From Octopus sinensis (taxonomy: Eukaryota): a stretch of DNA of 64,000 nucleotides. A model generated the notes under the pieces. That model was not told the DNA's origin. It made no database searches and saw nothing but the letters and a program-made list of their open reading frames with translations. Below, one piece after another: positions 24,165 through 36,645 of the stretch (the stretch's first letter is position 1; each line of letters starts with the position of its first letter). Both the position numbers and the translations under genes were made by a program. The stretch lies in contig NC_043001.1 of the NCBI RefSeq assembly GCF_006345805.1, forward strand, positions 26,102,001 through 26,166,000, in the 5' to 3' direction.

Positions 24165-24712
24165 ATAATTATGCAATCCCATAACATTCCACCTTCCGAT
24201 CAGTGTCAAGAAAATGAATGTATGCATATGTGTAGATATATATATAAACATTTATACATGTATGTATTAATGTAGCATGTGCATAGATGTGTGCATATGT
24301 CTGTATTAATATATATGTATACAAACTCATGCTCTTATGCCTTGAGTTATATCTCCCCTGTTTGTTCCACCAGACCTATAATATATATTTATATATTTAT
24401 TTCTTCATGTATGTATACATTCACACACACACACATGCATATGCATATATTTCAGCAAGTATGCATACACACACATACACATAATTATACAATCTTCATA
24501 ACATTCCATCTTCTGATCAGTGTCAGGCAAGGATTGTGTGTATATGTGCTGGTATATATATATTTATATATGCCTGCATTCATAAATATATGCACATATG
24601 TGCATATAAATGTGTGAGTATGTGCATACACACACACATACACACACACATATATATATACATACACACTCTTACGTACTGAGCTCTATTTCTCTTGTTT
24701 GTTCCACCAAAC

Positions 24713-24769
<57 letters not shown>

Positions 24770-24935
24770 CATACATACATATATATTTATCTATTCATAC
24801 ATATATAGATTTACACACACACACAAACACACACACACACACATATATTTACACACAGAGAAATATCTGCAAATATATACATATACATACATACCCATGT
24901 ATGCACACACACAAACACACACATACACAATCATA
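24165..24935. repeat. Degenerate tandem duplication (units about 316-340 bp) embedded in CA/TA microsatellite
   Basis: Unique anchors repeated: cataacattcca(c/t)ctt(c/t)..gatcagtgtca (units starting 24165, 24481) and ctta..gag..tgtttgttccacca.acctata (24334, 24671). Confidence 0.8.
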
Positions 24936-25264
24936 TGTGTATATAGCCATATATATATTTACATGCATTTATATATATGAGTGAGTGTGAGGATTCTGTG
25001 AGTGTGTGTGTGTGCATCTTTTAATGTTGATAGGGTTCAAAAATGATAGTTTTGATAAGGATAAGCCAGCCATTCATTATTTTCCACAATATAGCCTTGA
25101 CAGCCAGTAAAACCATTTAAAACAACAACAGGAAAAAACTCAAAAGCAAAGAAAAGCATAATTAGAATAATCAACACAAAAACAAAAATTCCCAGAAGAT
25201 TTTTTTTAAAGAAAATATATGTATATTTATTCAAAAATTTGATGAGTTTATTGAGAAAGTGAGT

Positions 25265-25282
25265 GAAGGAGAGGAGAATGGT

Positions 25283-25325
<43 letters not shown>
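25265..25325. repeat. (GA)n microsatellite
   Basis: Directly visible. Confidence 0.9.
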
Positions 25326-25329
<4 letters not shown>

Positions 25330-25411
25330 AAAGGACAAACTCATTATTCTAACCATCAACAAAATATTTCCTCCATGAATATTTCTCTGCATATTGTATG
25401 GAACAGCAGCC

Positions 25412-25412
<1 letters not shown>

Positions 25413-25450
<38 letters not shown>

Positions 25451-25455
25451 ACACA

Positions 25456-25540
<85 letters not shown>
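25413..25540. repeat. Long (CA)n array
   Basis: Directly visible. Confidence 0.97.
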
Positions 25541-25541
<1 letters not shown>

Positions 25542-25949
25542 AGTGAAAAGGAGATTGAGAGAGGATGTAAATATAGTTTATGATGATGATGATGATATTG
25601 AGTTCCTTGGATGCCAAATCCATGTTGAAGTTTCAATTTCCAGCTACAGACATTTTACTTAATATTATTAATGTTAAATTAGAGAAGAAAAAGGCTTGAA
25701 TGCAACACTATTTTACCCCCACCTCCCACCGAAATCTGAAGGAGCAGAACTACAATTACTACAACCTCATCATCATCATCATCATCATCGTCATCATCTT
25801 CATCATTAGTAGTAGCAAACTTCTGAACTGCATTTTATACATTTATTCATATATCTTAAGCAAAGTAAGAGCATCCTTATCTCTCATGCCTACTTGGAGA
25901 AAGCAATGAGAAATTACTATGAAGAATTTCCTTTAAAAAAATCCGGCAG

Positions 25950-27730
25950 ATAAGGCATATGCAGGATCATCAGTTGTCTTGTGTGATATTGTGTGTGAGT
26001 CGAAATATATGAGATTATTGTGACAGAATAATTAAGATTAGGCTAGTCATAGGCAACATTACTACAGTTGTTATCTCTGCTTATGTGCCACAAATGAGAC
26101 TGACAGATGAGAAAAGGGACGATTTCTATGAGGCTTTCCTAGGGGCTACATTGATCACAAATGACAGAGACTTCCTAAACATGGCTGGTGAGGTTTATAG
26201 ATATACTGAGCAGTACCAAGGTAGCTACTCCAGTGTATATGTCTACAAATGAGAAGGGATTAAGTCTCTGTTGTGCAAATGATTCAACCATTTGCAATGC
26301 TAATTTCAGAATATCAGTCAGCTTCTTGATCACCCACACCAATCTGATGAACACAGAAAGAAAATAGATTTCATTCTCATCAAGAAACAGAACAGACAAG
26401 TAGTTGTGAAAATTCAACTTTAACAGAAGTGTCTTTTAGCAGACAGGATGATCACAGGTAGGATGGCAGTAAAGGAAGACTGTATGTGGAAAGTGTACAA
26501 GAGTAGTTAAAAGTAAGGGCATCTGTGAAATAAATTCTATCAATTGCTCTGAACACTACATAAAAGTAGTTGATAGCATTTGTAACTTAAATGATCTAGG
26601 GGGTTTTAGAATACCCACCTCCAGTCAACAGTAGATGTGAGTGTTCTGAAAGCATAGCGACCAAAGTTAGAATGGGATGCATAAAGTTTAAAGAACTATT
26701 ACTTCTGGTAACAAGGTGTTTCTGTCTTCAAACAAAGGATGAACTGCATGACACAATCAGAAGTGTAACATTGCATGGGAGTAAAACAAGAGTATTGAAT
26801 GCAAAGGAAGTGAAAAGGCTAAGAAAAAATGAAGCAAGCAAGCTATGCTGGATGTGTAATTGTGTAATGATAGTGTGCATGAATGATGAAACACAAATGA
26901 ACTGGAAGAAAGATTAGGTATAAAAGGCATCAAATGTGGTGTAACCATAGGGAAGACACTGAAGGAATGGATAAATAATAATCATCATCATCATTTAACG
27001 TCTGCTTTCCATGCTAGCATGGGTTGGACAATTTGACTGAGGACTGGCGAATCAGATGGCTGCACCAGGCTTCAATCTGATCTGGCAGAGTTTCTACAGC
27101 TGAATGCCCTTCCTAACGCCAATCACTCCGAGAGTGTAGTGGGTGCTTTTACATGCCACCGGCACAAGGGCCAAATTGGTGGTACTGGCAACGGTCATGC
27201 TCAAATGGTGCTTTTAACATGCCACCTGCACAGGAGTCAGTCCAGCGGCACTGGCAATGACCTCTCTCAAATGTTTTGTTCATATGCCAGTAAGGCAAAT
27301 CAGGTAACAATCATGCTCCAATGGTGCTTTTTAATTGCTGTGAATGGATAATGATAAATGTGTAAAAAAGTGTCATAAAATCCAAGTGGAAGGTAACTGT
27401 AGAAGAGAAAGACTAAGAAAAACTCAGGCAGAAATGGTGCAAAGTTGTTTCAGAAGGATGAATATCACAAAAATGATAAAGGAACACAACATGCTGTGTT
27501 GAAGATCTGTCAAACTCATAACACCTGTGTTGGTACCATGTGAAAAGCACCCAGTACACTCTATCAAGTGGTGGACATTTGGAAGAGTATTCAGCCATAG
27601 AAACCATTCCAAAACAGATGACTGGAGCCTGGCACATCCCTTCTGCTTGCCAGCTCTTGTCAAGCTCATCAACCCATGCCAGCATGAAAACTGGACATTA
27701 AATGATGATGATGATGATGATGATGATGAT
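25950..27730 (+). mobile_element. Internally deleted RTE LINE: AP-endonuclease region, RT C-terminus, 3' UTR, (GAT)n tail
   Basis: From 26019: CDRIIKIRLVIGNITTVVISAYVPQMRLTDEKRDDFYEAFL...NDRDFLNMAG...KIDFILIKK (APE); 26640-26950: SESIATKVRMGCIKFKELLLL...LHGSKT...RKNEASKLCWMCN; after the nested insert: RMDNDKCVKKCH..VEG.CRR.RLRKT; R-type tail to 27730. Confidence 0.85.
26975..27341 (-). mobile_element. Younger RTE tail inserted antisense into the RTE above
   Basis: 10-bp TSD GAATGGATAA at 26965-26974 and 27342-27351; removing the insert restores RMDNDKCVKK. Confidence 0.9.
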
Positions 27731-27992
27731 CATCATCATCATCATCGTTTAACGTCCGCTTTCCATGCTAGCATGGGTTGGACGGTTCAACTGGGGTCTG
27801 GCAAGCCCAAAGGCTGCACCAGGCCAGTCAGATCTGGCAGTGTTTCTACAGCTGGATGCCCTTCCTAACGCCAACCACTCCGAGAGTGTAGTGGGTGATT
27901 TTATGTGCCACCGACACAGGTGCCAGACGAGGCTGGCAGACGGTCACGCTCGAATGGTGTTTTTTATGTGCCACCGACACAGGTGCCAGACG
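27731..27992 (-). mobile_element. RTE 3' tail (R family), tail-to-tail with the preceding element
   Basis: (GAT)n|(CAT)n junction at about 27730; two ttttatgtgccaccgacacaggtgccagacga units. Confidence 0.9.
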
Positions 27993-28074
27993 ATGATGAT
28001 AATGATGATGACGATGATGATGACAATGATGATGATGACAATGATGATGATGATGATGACGACGATGACGATGA
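27990..28074. repeat. (GAT/GAC)n microsatellite
   Basis: Directly visible. Confidence 0.93.
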
Positions 28075-28370
28075 CATAGTGGTTAAGGTATTTTGGCTTA
28101 CAATCATAAGGTCATGAGTTTGATAACCGGCAGCATGTTGTGCCCTTGAGCAAGACATTTTTATTTCATGCTGCTCCAGTTCATTCAGTTGGCAAAGGGG
28201 AGTAGTACCTGTATTTAAAAGGGCCAGCCTTGTCACATGTGTCATACTGAATCTCACTGAGATATACATATGTCTGTGGAGTGCTCAACCTCTTGCACAT
28301 TAATTTCACGAGCAGGCTGTTCCATTGGTCAGATGAATTGGAATGCTTGTCATAACCGACAGAATGCCAG
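28075..28370 (+). mobile_element. SINE-C2 (C-type head plus a distinct 3' module)
   Basis: tagtggttaagg...ttgtgcccttgagcaagac..tttatttcatgctgctccagttcattcagttggcaaa, then a 3' part not shared with C1/C3. Confidence 0.75.
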
Positions 28371-29664
28371 AAGTTAAGATATATATACATATATATGGAT
28401 ATATATAAACACACACATATATAAAAATGCAAACACATATACACAAATACACATGCATACTCAGCTATCTTATTGTTGTATAAACAATACAATATCAATA
28501 TGCACCACCTGCTAGTATGTACACACACACACATACACGTTAATATCCCTATCAGATTTGGTTGTTTAGACAATACTGAAAACATGTAGTGATTCAAGAA
28601 TGCACAATAAGACTGTAGTCCTGTTGTCTTGCCTTGCAAAGCTCCTGAGAATGCAAACTAACAATGCAATGTATTAATCATAGAGCCTCTGTCACTATCC
28701 AGTCTTCATGGCAACTATGCATAGCTTCATGAACTGGGCCGGTAAGAGTTAATTGTTCCTACTACTGACACACAGTGCAATACCAATAATATGAAATGTT
28801 ATCCTTAAGTCTCTTTATATTTTCCCCCTCCTAGTGAGTTGTTATGTCTTCTTTAGCTTAGGCCACCGGATGAATTAAATGGTACAGCACTGGACTAAAT
28901 GCTCTATGATATTTAATTAAATGCCAAATATTTGAAATATAACTAAAGCTGACTTTGCCTTTCATTTTTAGGGTGTTAATGAAATAGGTAATGCTGATAA
29001 AACCTTGTTTTTAAAACAGCATTTTAAATGCCTTAGTAGGTTCTGACCATTATTAGATGACATTTAAATGTACATGCATATATGAATGTTCAGACTGGGA
29101 TTGCACTAACAAACTTTTGTTTCACAAGGGTTTCAACACATTTATCCTTTAAGGATAAAAGTAAATACAAATATATGTCAATTCATATGATAATTAACCT
29201 CATTATTAACAGTGAAAGCCATATGAGATTGAATTTGGTGTTAGGTTTACAAGATCAGGTTCTCATTCAGAAAGGCTTTTCTGTTTTCCATATTGTCTGT
29301 CATAGTTCTTTGTTGTTAATGAAAATGCTAAACCATACAGGAATATCATTTCCATTCTCATGCCAGACATGTTTTGACATTAAACTTCTTTGTTTCCTTT
29401 CTGGATTAGAACATTCTGATGTCACAATAGTCTAATGTTTACATATGGATGAGATATTATATGTATAATCAATTTTTCTATGAATAGGTTTAACTTTGGT
29501 GAGATATTTGTTAAGTTTAGTGTTATTCTTAAACATTGTTCTGATGTTATACTAACTACAAATACATTGTATCTTTTTAACAACTTTACTGCAATAACAC
29601 AGTCACAGTAGATTCTGGTTCAAACTGTAGTTTATCCTTCTGAGAGTTCACTGGTATTAGGCTT

Positions 29665-30110
29665 TATGATTAGTCCACATTACTCAGCAAGGAGCATAGG
29701 GCCAGTTTCCTGGTTTCTCTGGCATATATATTCCTCCCTGGATGGGACGCAAGTCCATTGCAAGATTACTCATATTTGCCCACTGCAGTGCTTTTCAAAC
29801 TTTTTGCTGGAGCGGAACCCCAAGGAAACATTCCACTGGCTTGAGGAACCCCTGTGCAATAATTTAAAAGTCTTATGCACATATATCTGCACAGGAGAAT
29901 TAAAAATTACTGCCGATTTTAGCAGTTTTGTAACTTCTTGCGGAACCCTAAGGTTCCGTGGAACCCTGATTGAAAACCACTGACCCACTGAATAGACTGG
30001 GGCAATGTGAAATTAAGTGTTTTGCTGAATAGCATAACACAGCACCCAGTCCAGAAATTGAAACCACAATCTTCCAATTACAAGTCCAACACCCTAATCA
30101 TTAAGCCTCC
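29665..30110 (-). mobile_element. SINE-C3 copy interrupted by a hAT MITE
   Basis: The flanks join into a sequence matching 59596-59850 (ggatgggacgc.agtccat..ca...ttactcat.tttg...gactgg.gcaa..tgaaat.aagt). Confidence 0.8.
29786..29982. mobile_element. hAT (Charlie-like) MITE, 197 bp
   Basis: TIR CAGTGCTTTTCAA / TTGAAAACCACTG (12/13), 8-bp TSD GCCCACTG / ACCCACTG (7/8), subterminal GCGGAACCC motifs. Confidence 0.88.
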
Positions 30111-30603
30111 ATGGTAGTAGGCATTCTAGAAGGTATTTATTTTGTAGGGATGTTCATTTTAAATAGTATATTTCTTATCTTTAGGCATCATTATTGAAGC
30201 TTAACGCTGTAAGTACCTGGTAATACTTTTCTTGATAACACAAAGATGGGGGAAACTCATACTTTAAATAGAGTCCAAAGGATTTTGGTTCTTGATACAG
30301 AGCTGTTTTGATACCTACTTCATTGCATTGCACCAGAACATCTAAGTATGGCACTGATTATTATGTTGGTTCTACATAATATCTTTGGTGTTAAAATATG
30401 CTGCTCTGGTTAAAGGTATATAAAAAGAAGCAGGATAGGTTTCAGATTAAACCTAAAGCATAAAGATTACTTTTATCAGAAATTCCAATCAAATGAAAGA
30501 CATGAAAGTTGACGTTAGTCACATAGATATGAAAATGTATGTGGCTGGAGGAGGAGAGATAAAAACCTATATAGAATGATAACTACTTGTCTGATTGTGA
30601 AAG

Positions 30604-30725
30604 TAGAGAGAGAGAGAGAGAGAGTATGAAAAAGACAAACAGAGAGAGCATGAAAAAGAGAGAAAGAGAGAGCAAGAGAGAGAGAAAGTATAACACACAT
30701 ACAAACACACATACAAAGAGAGAGT
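30604..30725. repeat. (GA)n-rich low-complexity tract
   Basis: Directly visible. Confidence 0.8.
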
Positions 30726-31829
30726 AAAAGAAAAATGAGTCCTTAAATGAGGGACCAGGTGTATTAGCATTTTCTTTCATAACTGTGACAATCTTTAATA
30801 ACTAATAATGTAAAATAAATCTAAATAAAGAAACTACACATACAGTTTATATTCAGCAGAAAAGCTAACTTCAGCAAATATGAAAATAATTTTCAATATA
30901 AATGCTGGAGAAAATAAAGTTTTGATAAAGCAGCAGCTGTTAAAAAAGTATGCTGTTTTGTAAAGGTTGTTTGCATTATGCAAAGTGTTGAGTAAATACA
31001 TAAGGTAAACTTGAACAACATTCTATAAAATAAATTGTGCATGTTTAAATAAGAGTATACTATTTATATAAGAAATAACACCAAAAATATTAAAGAAAAA
31101 AAATGGAAAAAATTGTATTAGCATATTCATGAAAACTAACTATAATATTCCTGCTTTTAAAGAGGTTCAAACAAGACTATACTACTTCTACTATGTAACT
31201 ACACTATGACCTCACCAACACTGTTGCCACCACTGCCACCGCTTCTTTCCAAGTATGCATAATTATCATCTGTGCACTGATTTCTTCAGTGACAGTTCCT
31301 CTTCAAGGTACACATGGCCCTGTTTATATATCTACACTGCTATTTCTATCATGCACTTAATGATTTACTGCTTATCTTCTTAAGCAGACACATCATCTCA
31401 ATTTTGACCCATAAACACATATGCAAATGCGTATTCACACATAGACTTTCAGTGTCTTATATTAGAAGTGGCTGCTTGGATATGATACTGGACTTCTATC
31501 GCATAACTGTTGAATTCAAATCAGCTGTAGGCATTTCGTCTATTTGAACAGAATACAATTTTATGTCTCACTTCACCTAGCTGTTTGGAATAGGTGCTAA
31601 TATTTCTGTGACTTTTATCAGTGAGAGAATGGAATCCTATTCTGAAAGAAATTTATCTCTCATCTATTTAAAATCATGAAACCAAAGCTAAGCACTGTCT
31701 TTGAAGAGTCTCTTAGAGTTACTTGGAGATATGTATATTTTTCAATTATTTTAAGCTAAAAATACACTGCGTATTTTCTTTCATCACCGTTACTATATTA
31801 TATACACAAGCAGGAACACCTACCCACCA

Positions 31830-32010
31830 GGCGGTTTGTGCTAGTCATCCTGTGAAAGACACAAATTTCCATCTCAAACTCATCAGACATTCTTTGAGCA
31901 ATTTTCACCTTGGTTCTCATAAATAGATCTTCATGTTTCATGAAGCAATAGCACCATGATGCATGGCCAGTAAAATCTTCTAAACAACTATCGCATACAA
32001 CCCTCTTGGC
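31830..32010 (-). mobile_element. Possible decayed RTE RT fragment
   Basis: RTKVKIAQRMSDEFEMEICVFHR resembles the RT segment leading into the GV.QG motif (R.KV..G...SEEFEV.VGVHQG). Confidence 0.35.
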
Positions 32011-33125
32011 TTCAAAATTATTATATTTGTAGAAATGGCAAGTCTTTGCCATCTCTGATTCACAACCTATTGGTACAGTTTATTTTCAAGATCTTGCCAA
32101 TTTGGGTCTTTTTTTTTTTGCCTTTGAAAATTACAATTACTACTTTTCATCATTTTTGATTTTCCTTCTTGATCAAACCAATAACAAATAATTTTTTTCA
32201 CCCTTGATGGAGAACTAAAATTTCTTTCAGCAACTCTGTTTTCATGTTTATTAATTTTTTTTTTGCATGATTAATCACTTAATTTGAATTTAGTTGTGTA
32301 TAACAACCTCTTTTGTTTAGACATCATGAGGTGGGTGAAAAAATAGACTGGAAAATGAAACAAACTTTTTTATATGTATGCCTAAAATACAGTACTTGAA
32401 GTTTTGGTTATGCATCCAACATGACTGCAAGCAGATACCAAACTGCTGAGTAGCCAATAAAAATCTTAAAAACTGATTAGGAGATCGCTGATGTTAATTG
32501 CATTAAGTACTTTGATTGGTCAACCATTTTCATGTTTGAAATCCAAGGCAAGCACTCAGAAATGGTTTTTTATTTGTTAAAAAAGTTAGGCCTGGAAATT
32601 CTTCAATACTGAAAATGGTCTTATTCTACTTTGCATTAAACAGCAATTGCTGTGTATTTACAAGCTTTTTCACTCTCATCCATTGTGATAACTTGTTTTT
32701 TAAATTTTTTTAGGGAACATTATAAAGAGTTATGTTTTTGAAAGAAAAAAGTATTACTATAGCAGTATTACTATTGTTACAGTGCATTCAAATGAACTGT
32801 ACTGTGCATTCTTATTTAAATATATTTATACACGGCTTGTGTATATCATATATGTACTTACCTTTAGTGTATCGCATGCAAGCAGATTTTTACATTAGGT
32901 TTTGGGGGTAAAAAGCCATCTTATACACAAAATACACAAAAAACAAAAAAAAAATGATATATATATATGTGGTTGTGTGTGTGTGTGTGCATGTATATAT
33001 CTGTGTGTGTGTGTGGTTGTGTATATAAAGTTACATTTCCAGTATACCCTTTGCTGTTTTTAATATGCTAGTGTGTGATTTAAGAGAAATTTTAGCTTTT
33101 CTTTGTTCAGTAGACAAAAACTTGT

Positions 33126-33156
<31 letters not shown>

Positions 33157-33344
33157 CATGCAACTATGTACATGTCCCCATTTGGGTATCATAAAAAAAC
33201 TATCATTGAATTCTATCACCAGTGCTGTATTATGACTCTTACTTCTTATGTCTATAATCAAGACACTTAGGCCTCAAATGGTCAAATTTAGCACTGAGCT
33301 GTAAAGAAATATCTAAAGGTAGAAACATCTTACTAGTATAAATA

Positions 33345-33590
33345 TCATCAGCATCATTTGACATCCATGTTTCATGTAGGCATGGGTTGGATGGTTTGAC
33401 AGGATCTGATGGACCCAAGGACTGCATTATGTTTCAGTGTCTGCTGTGGCATGGTTTCTATGGCTGGGTGCCCTTCCTAATGCCAACCATTATGCAGCAT
33501 GTACTGAATGCTTTTCCCATGGCACCAGCACTGTTGAGGTTACCATGCAACTTGCAAGACCACAAACTCAGTAAAAGCAGTGGGGACTTT
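33345..33590 (-). mobile_element. RTE 3' tail (R family), older copy
   Basis: catcatttgacatccatgtttcatgtaggcatgggttggatgg...gggtgcccttcctaatgccaacc. Confidence 0.8.
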
Positions 33591-34251
33591 ATACTAGGAG
33601 AATAATGAGTACAGAGAGATAAAGTATAAGAGAAAAGAGTTAAACCGGAATCGGTTCCTTGCTGTAGAGAAGCTACATGACTAGTTACATTTTAGAGAAG
33701 AGGAAGCTGGAAAGTAATAAAGTGGTTGGGTTTGGTTATTGTTTAAGCATTGACTGAAGAAAGATTTGTTATTGTAAGCTGACTAGGTACAATATATGGA
33801 AACCACATGAGCAGAGTACTCTCTACTACTACCGTATATGCAAACATACACACATTCACTGCATCAATCACATACACACACACTTTGAAAGAACTAAATA
33901 TCAGTTTGAAAGTGACAGCTATTAGCAATAACAGTGGAGATAGGTGATTCTTTCTATCTATTGGGTCTTCATTTATTTGAAGCAGCTCAAGTTTGAGTGT
34001 TTGCTTCCAGACAATACAAAAACAGTTATTGGCACTGAGCTAGAACAATTCTGCAGATAAAAAGCATTACCTGCTGTAGCAAATATGACATCACAATGCA
34101 AATAAAAACTGCAGTACATATTCTTTACTCCCATACACAGTAAACCTATGGGGACAGACTGCTGATATTTTAAAGGAGGGTATGAATGACCCTCAAGTAC
34201 ATCCTGTCTAGCAAAAAGACAGTAAGATTTCTATGTAGACATTGCATTCTC

Positions 34252-34252
34252 C

Positions 34253-34314
<62 letters not shown>

Positions 34315-34320
34315 TGTGTG

Positions 34321-34360
<40 letters not shown>

Positions 34361-34515
34361 GTTTATGTGTATGTATATATATATGTTTATGTGCATGTAT
34401 ATATATATATGTTTATGTGCATGTATATATTATATATATATATATATGTATGTATGTATGTATATATACATACATACATACATACATATACATGCATACA
34501 TACACACATACATAT
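34252..34515. repeat. (TA)n/(TG)n/(TACA)n compound microsatellite
   Basis: Directly visible. Confidence 0.93.
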
Positions 34516-35719
34516 GCACTCACAAGAATAAAGATAAATATAGATAAACATATGAATATCTATGTTATGAATTTGTGTATACACACATCTGTACGCATAT
34601 ACACATGTAGAGACAGGCTGGTAGAAATAGACAGCTGTAAATGAAACCACACATGCATATACAAATATTTAAATGTCAATGTATACACATGTGCATGTGT
34701 GCGTACATTTGCACATGTAGACATATTCATTCATGCAGACATACAGCCATGCAAATATTAAGCATACAAACATACATAGTGGAGGATATATCTCTGTGGA
34801 CAAGTGAGATTAAGCTTATGGAAACAGAAGAACTTGAGAAAAAGATACCTCATTGAGTATACATTTAAAATGATTTGCCAAGGGCATAATTGAAGTGGAA
34901 CAAAGAATGCTTGTTATTGATTAAGATTCATACAAAAGGTCAGCAAGACAAGTCTGATCCAAATAAGCAAAGAATATAATTACAATGATAATAAGTATAA
35001 AAATGTTGGAGGAGAAACTACAAAAGGTTAGGTCATAGAAGTGACTGTGATGGCTACCAGATAGCTAGGTTTGAAAATTAGAGTTGTCAGTGTGCAATTT
35101 TGGCTCTGTATGAGGGTGTGAAACTATGCTAGCCACACTCCTAATAAAATAACTGCATGAGTAACATTGCACTAACAGCAAATAATTGAATTCTGTTTTG
35201 GTCATTCAAGACAATGCATTTGATTCCCATGTCATTGAGCCAGTGAGAAAGGCTTTCTGATTTTGTTTCTCTTTAAATGTAGAAGTCAGAAGGGGATTGC
35301 ATAGATAAAACAGACACATAATTTCTGAGACTTCATGGGAAGATAGGAAAGAAAAAAAGAAAGGTGACAGTCAGATCACCGAGAAAGAAGAAACATAGGC
35401 TAGGTTGTGATAGAAAACTATAGCAACTGTGGGGTGGGGGTGGAGGTGGTGCTGACAATGCAATCACAAATCTTCAAGCAAAAGTAGATTACATGAAATA
35501 TATATAGTAGAGCAGAGAAGCAAGCAAGAATAAAATTTATTGAAGCATTAACATTTCCTGTCAATGAAAGTGTCAGAATACATCAGGTATGATATAATAA
35601 ATAAATAAATAAATAAATAAATAAGAAAAAAATCATCATCATCATCGCCATCATTACCATCACTGTTATCATCATTCACAACAACAGCGATAATGATTAT
35701 AAGCATATCAGATGACAGT

Positions 35720-35920
35720 ATCGGTACAGTGGTATACAAAGTGGCTTGTGGTGTTTAGTTACATTCATTTCGTTATGTCTGTGATCAAATCCCGTAGGAA
35801 TTGGCTTTGCCTTTTATTTTCAAGGGTTGATAAAATAAGTACCAGTAAAGTACTGGGGTTCAGCTTAATTGACTATACTCTCATAGAATACATGACCTTG
35901 TACTAATAGATGAAATTATC
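35720..35920 (+). mobile_element. SINE-B degenerate
   Basis: gatcaaatccc...gctttgcctttt..tt..agggttgataaaataagtaccagtaaagtactggggt. Confidence 0.7.
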
Positions 35921-35949
35921 AATCATCATAATTATTAAAAACAAAAATG

Positions 35950-36110
35950 TGGTCAGTTGGCAGAATTCTTGGAACATTGGACAAAATGTCATACAGTAAT
36001 TAGTTACATTCCTTTATATTCTGAGCTGAAATTCCATTGAGGTCAACTTTGTATTTCATCATTATGGGGTCAATAAAATAAAATACCTCTCAAGTGTTAA
36101 GGCCAACTAT
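35950..36110 (+). mobile_element. SINE-B degenerate
   Basis: agttggcagaattcttggaacattggacaaaatg...ctgagctgaaattccattgaggtcaactttgtatttcatc..tggggtcaataaaat. Confidence 0.7.
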
Positions 36111-36415
36111 ACCATAATCCTCGTTATCACCATTTAACATCTATTTTCCATATTGGCATGAGTTAGATGGTTCAACAGAAGCTGGTAAGCCAGAGGATAG
36201 TGCTTTGCTCCATTATCTGTTTTGGCATGGTTTCTACGGCTGGATGCCTATCCCAATGCCAACTACACGACAATGTACCCTGAGTGCATTTTACGTGAGA
36301 CCAGCACCAGTGAGGCCACCTGGTAATTCACAAACAAGACCCCTCAACAGAAGTGGGGGAGTAGTATTGAGGGAGATGACGTTGTGTCAAATGATGTGAG
36401 GTTAAAGTATGATCT
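36111..36415 (-). mobile_element. RTE 3' tail (R family), older copy
   Basis: catttaacatctattttccatattggcatgagttagatgg...ggcatggtttctacggctggatgcc; shares cctcaacagaagtggggg..tagtattg with 33345-33590. Confidence 0.75.
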
Positions 36416-36589
36416 TTACAAAAATATCCGTGGCTTTGTGCCAATGTTAGAATTCTTTAGAATAATTCATAAGGTGGAAACAATAATTTTTCTGTAGGGA
36501 TTAATACAATTATTTACGTTCCTCCTTCCAAATTTAATAGTCTTGTGTCTATGCTAGAAACTGGTATTTCTATTATTATATTTATAAGT

Positions 36590-36645
36590 TGTAGTGCACC
36601 TGAGCACTGTATACAATAATTTCATTCATTATTATATTATTATAT
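36590..36645 (+). mobile_element. CR1/L2-like extreme 3' tail
   Basis: aagttgtagtgcacctgagcactgtatacaataatttcatt(cattat)n is the tail of the 41572-41937 element. Confidence 0.75.

Noticed and set aside
28702-28715. RFX X-box-like motif GTCTTCATGGCAAC
   Set aside because: The degenerate consensus is expected several times by chance in 64 kb; no promoter context.
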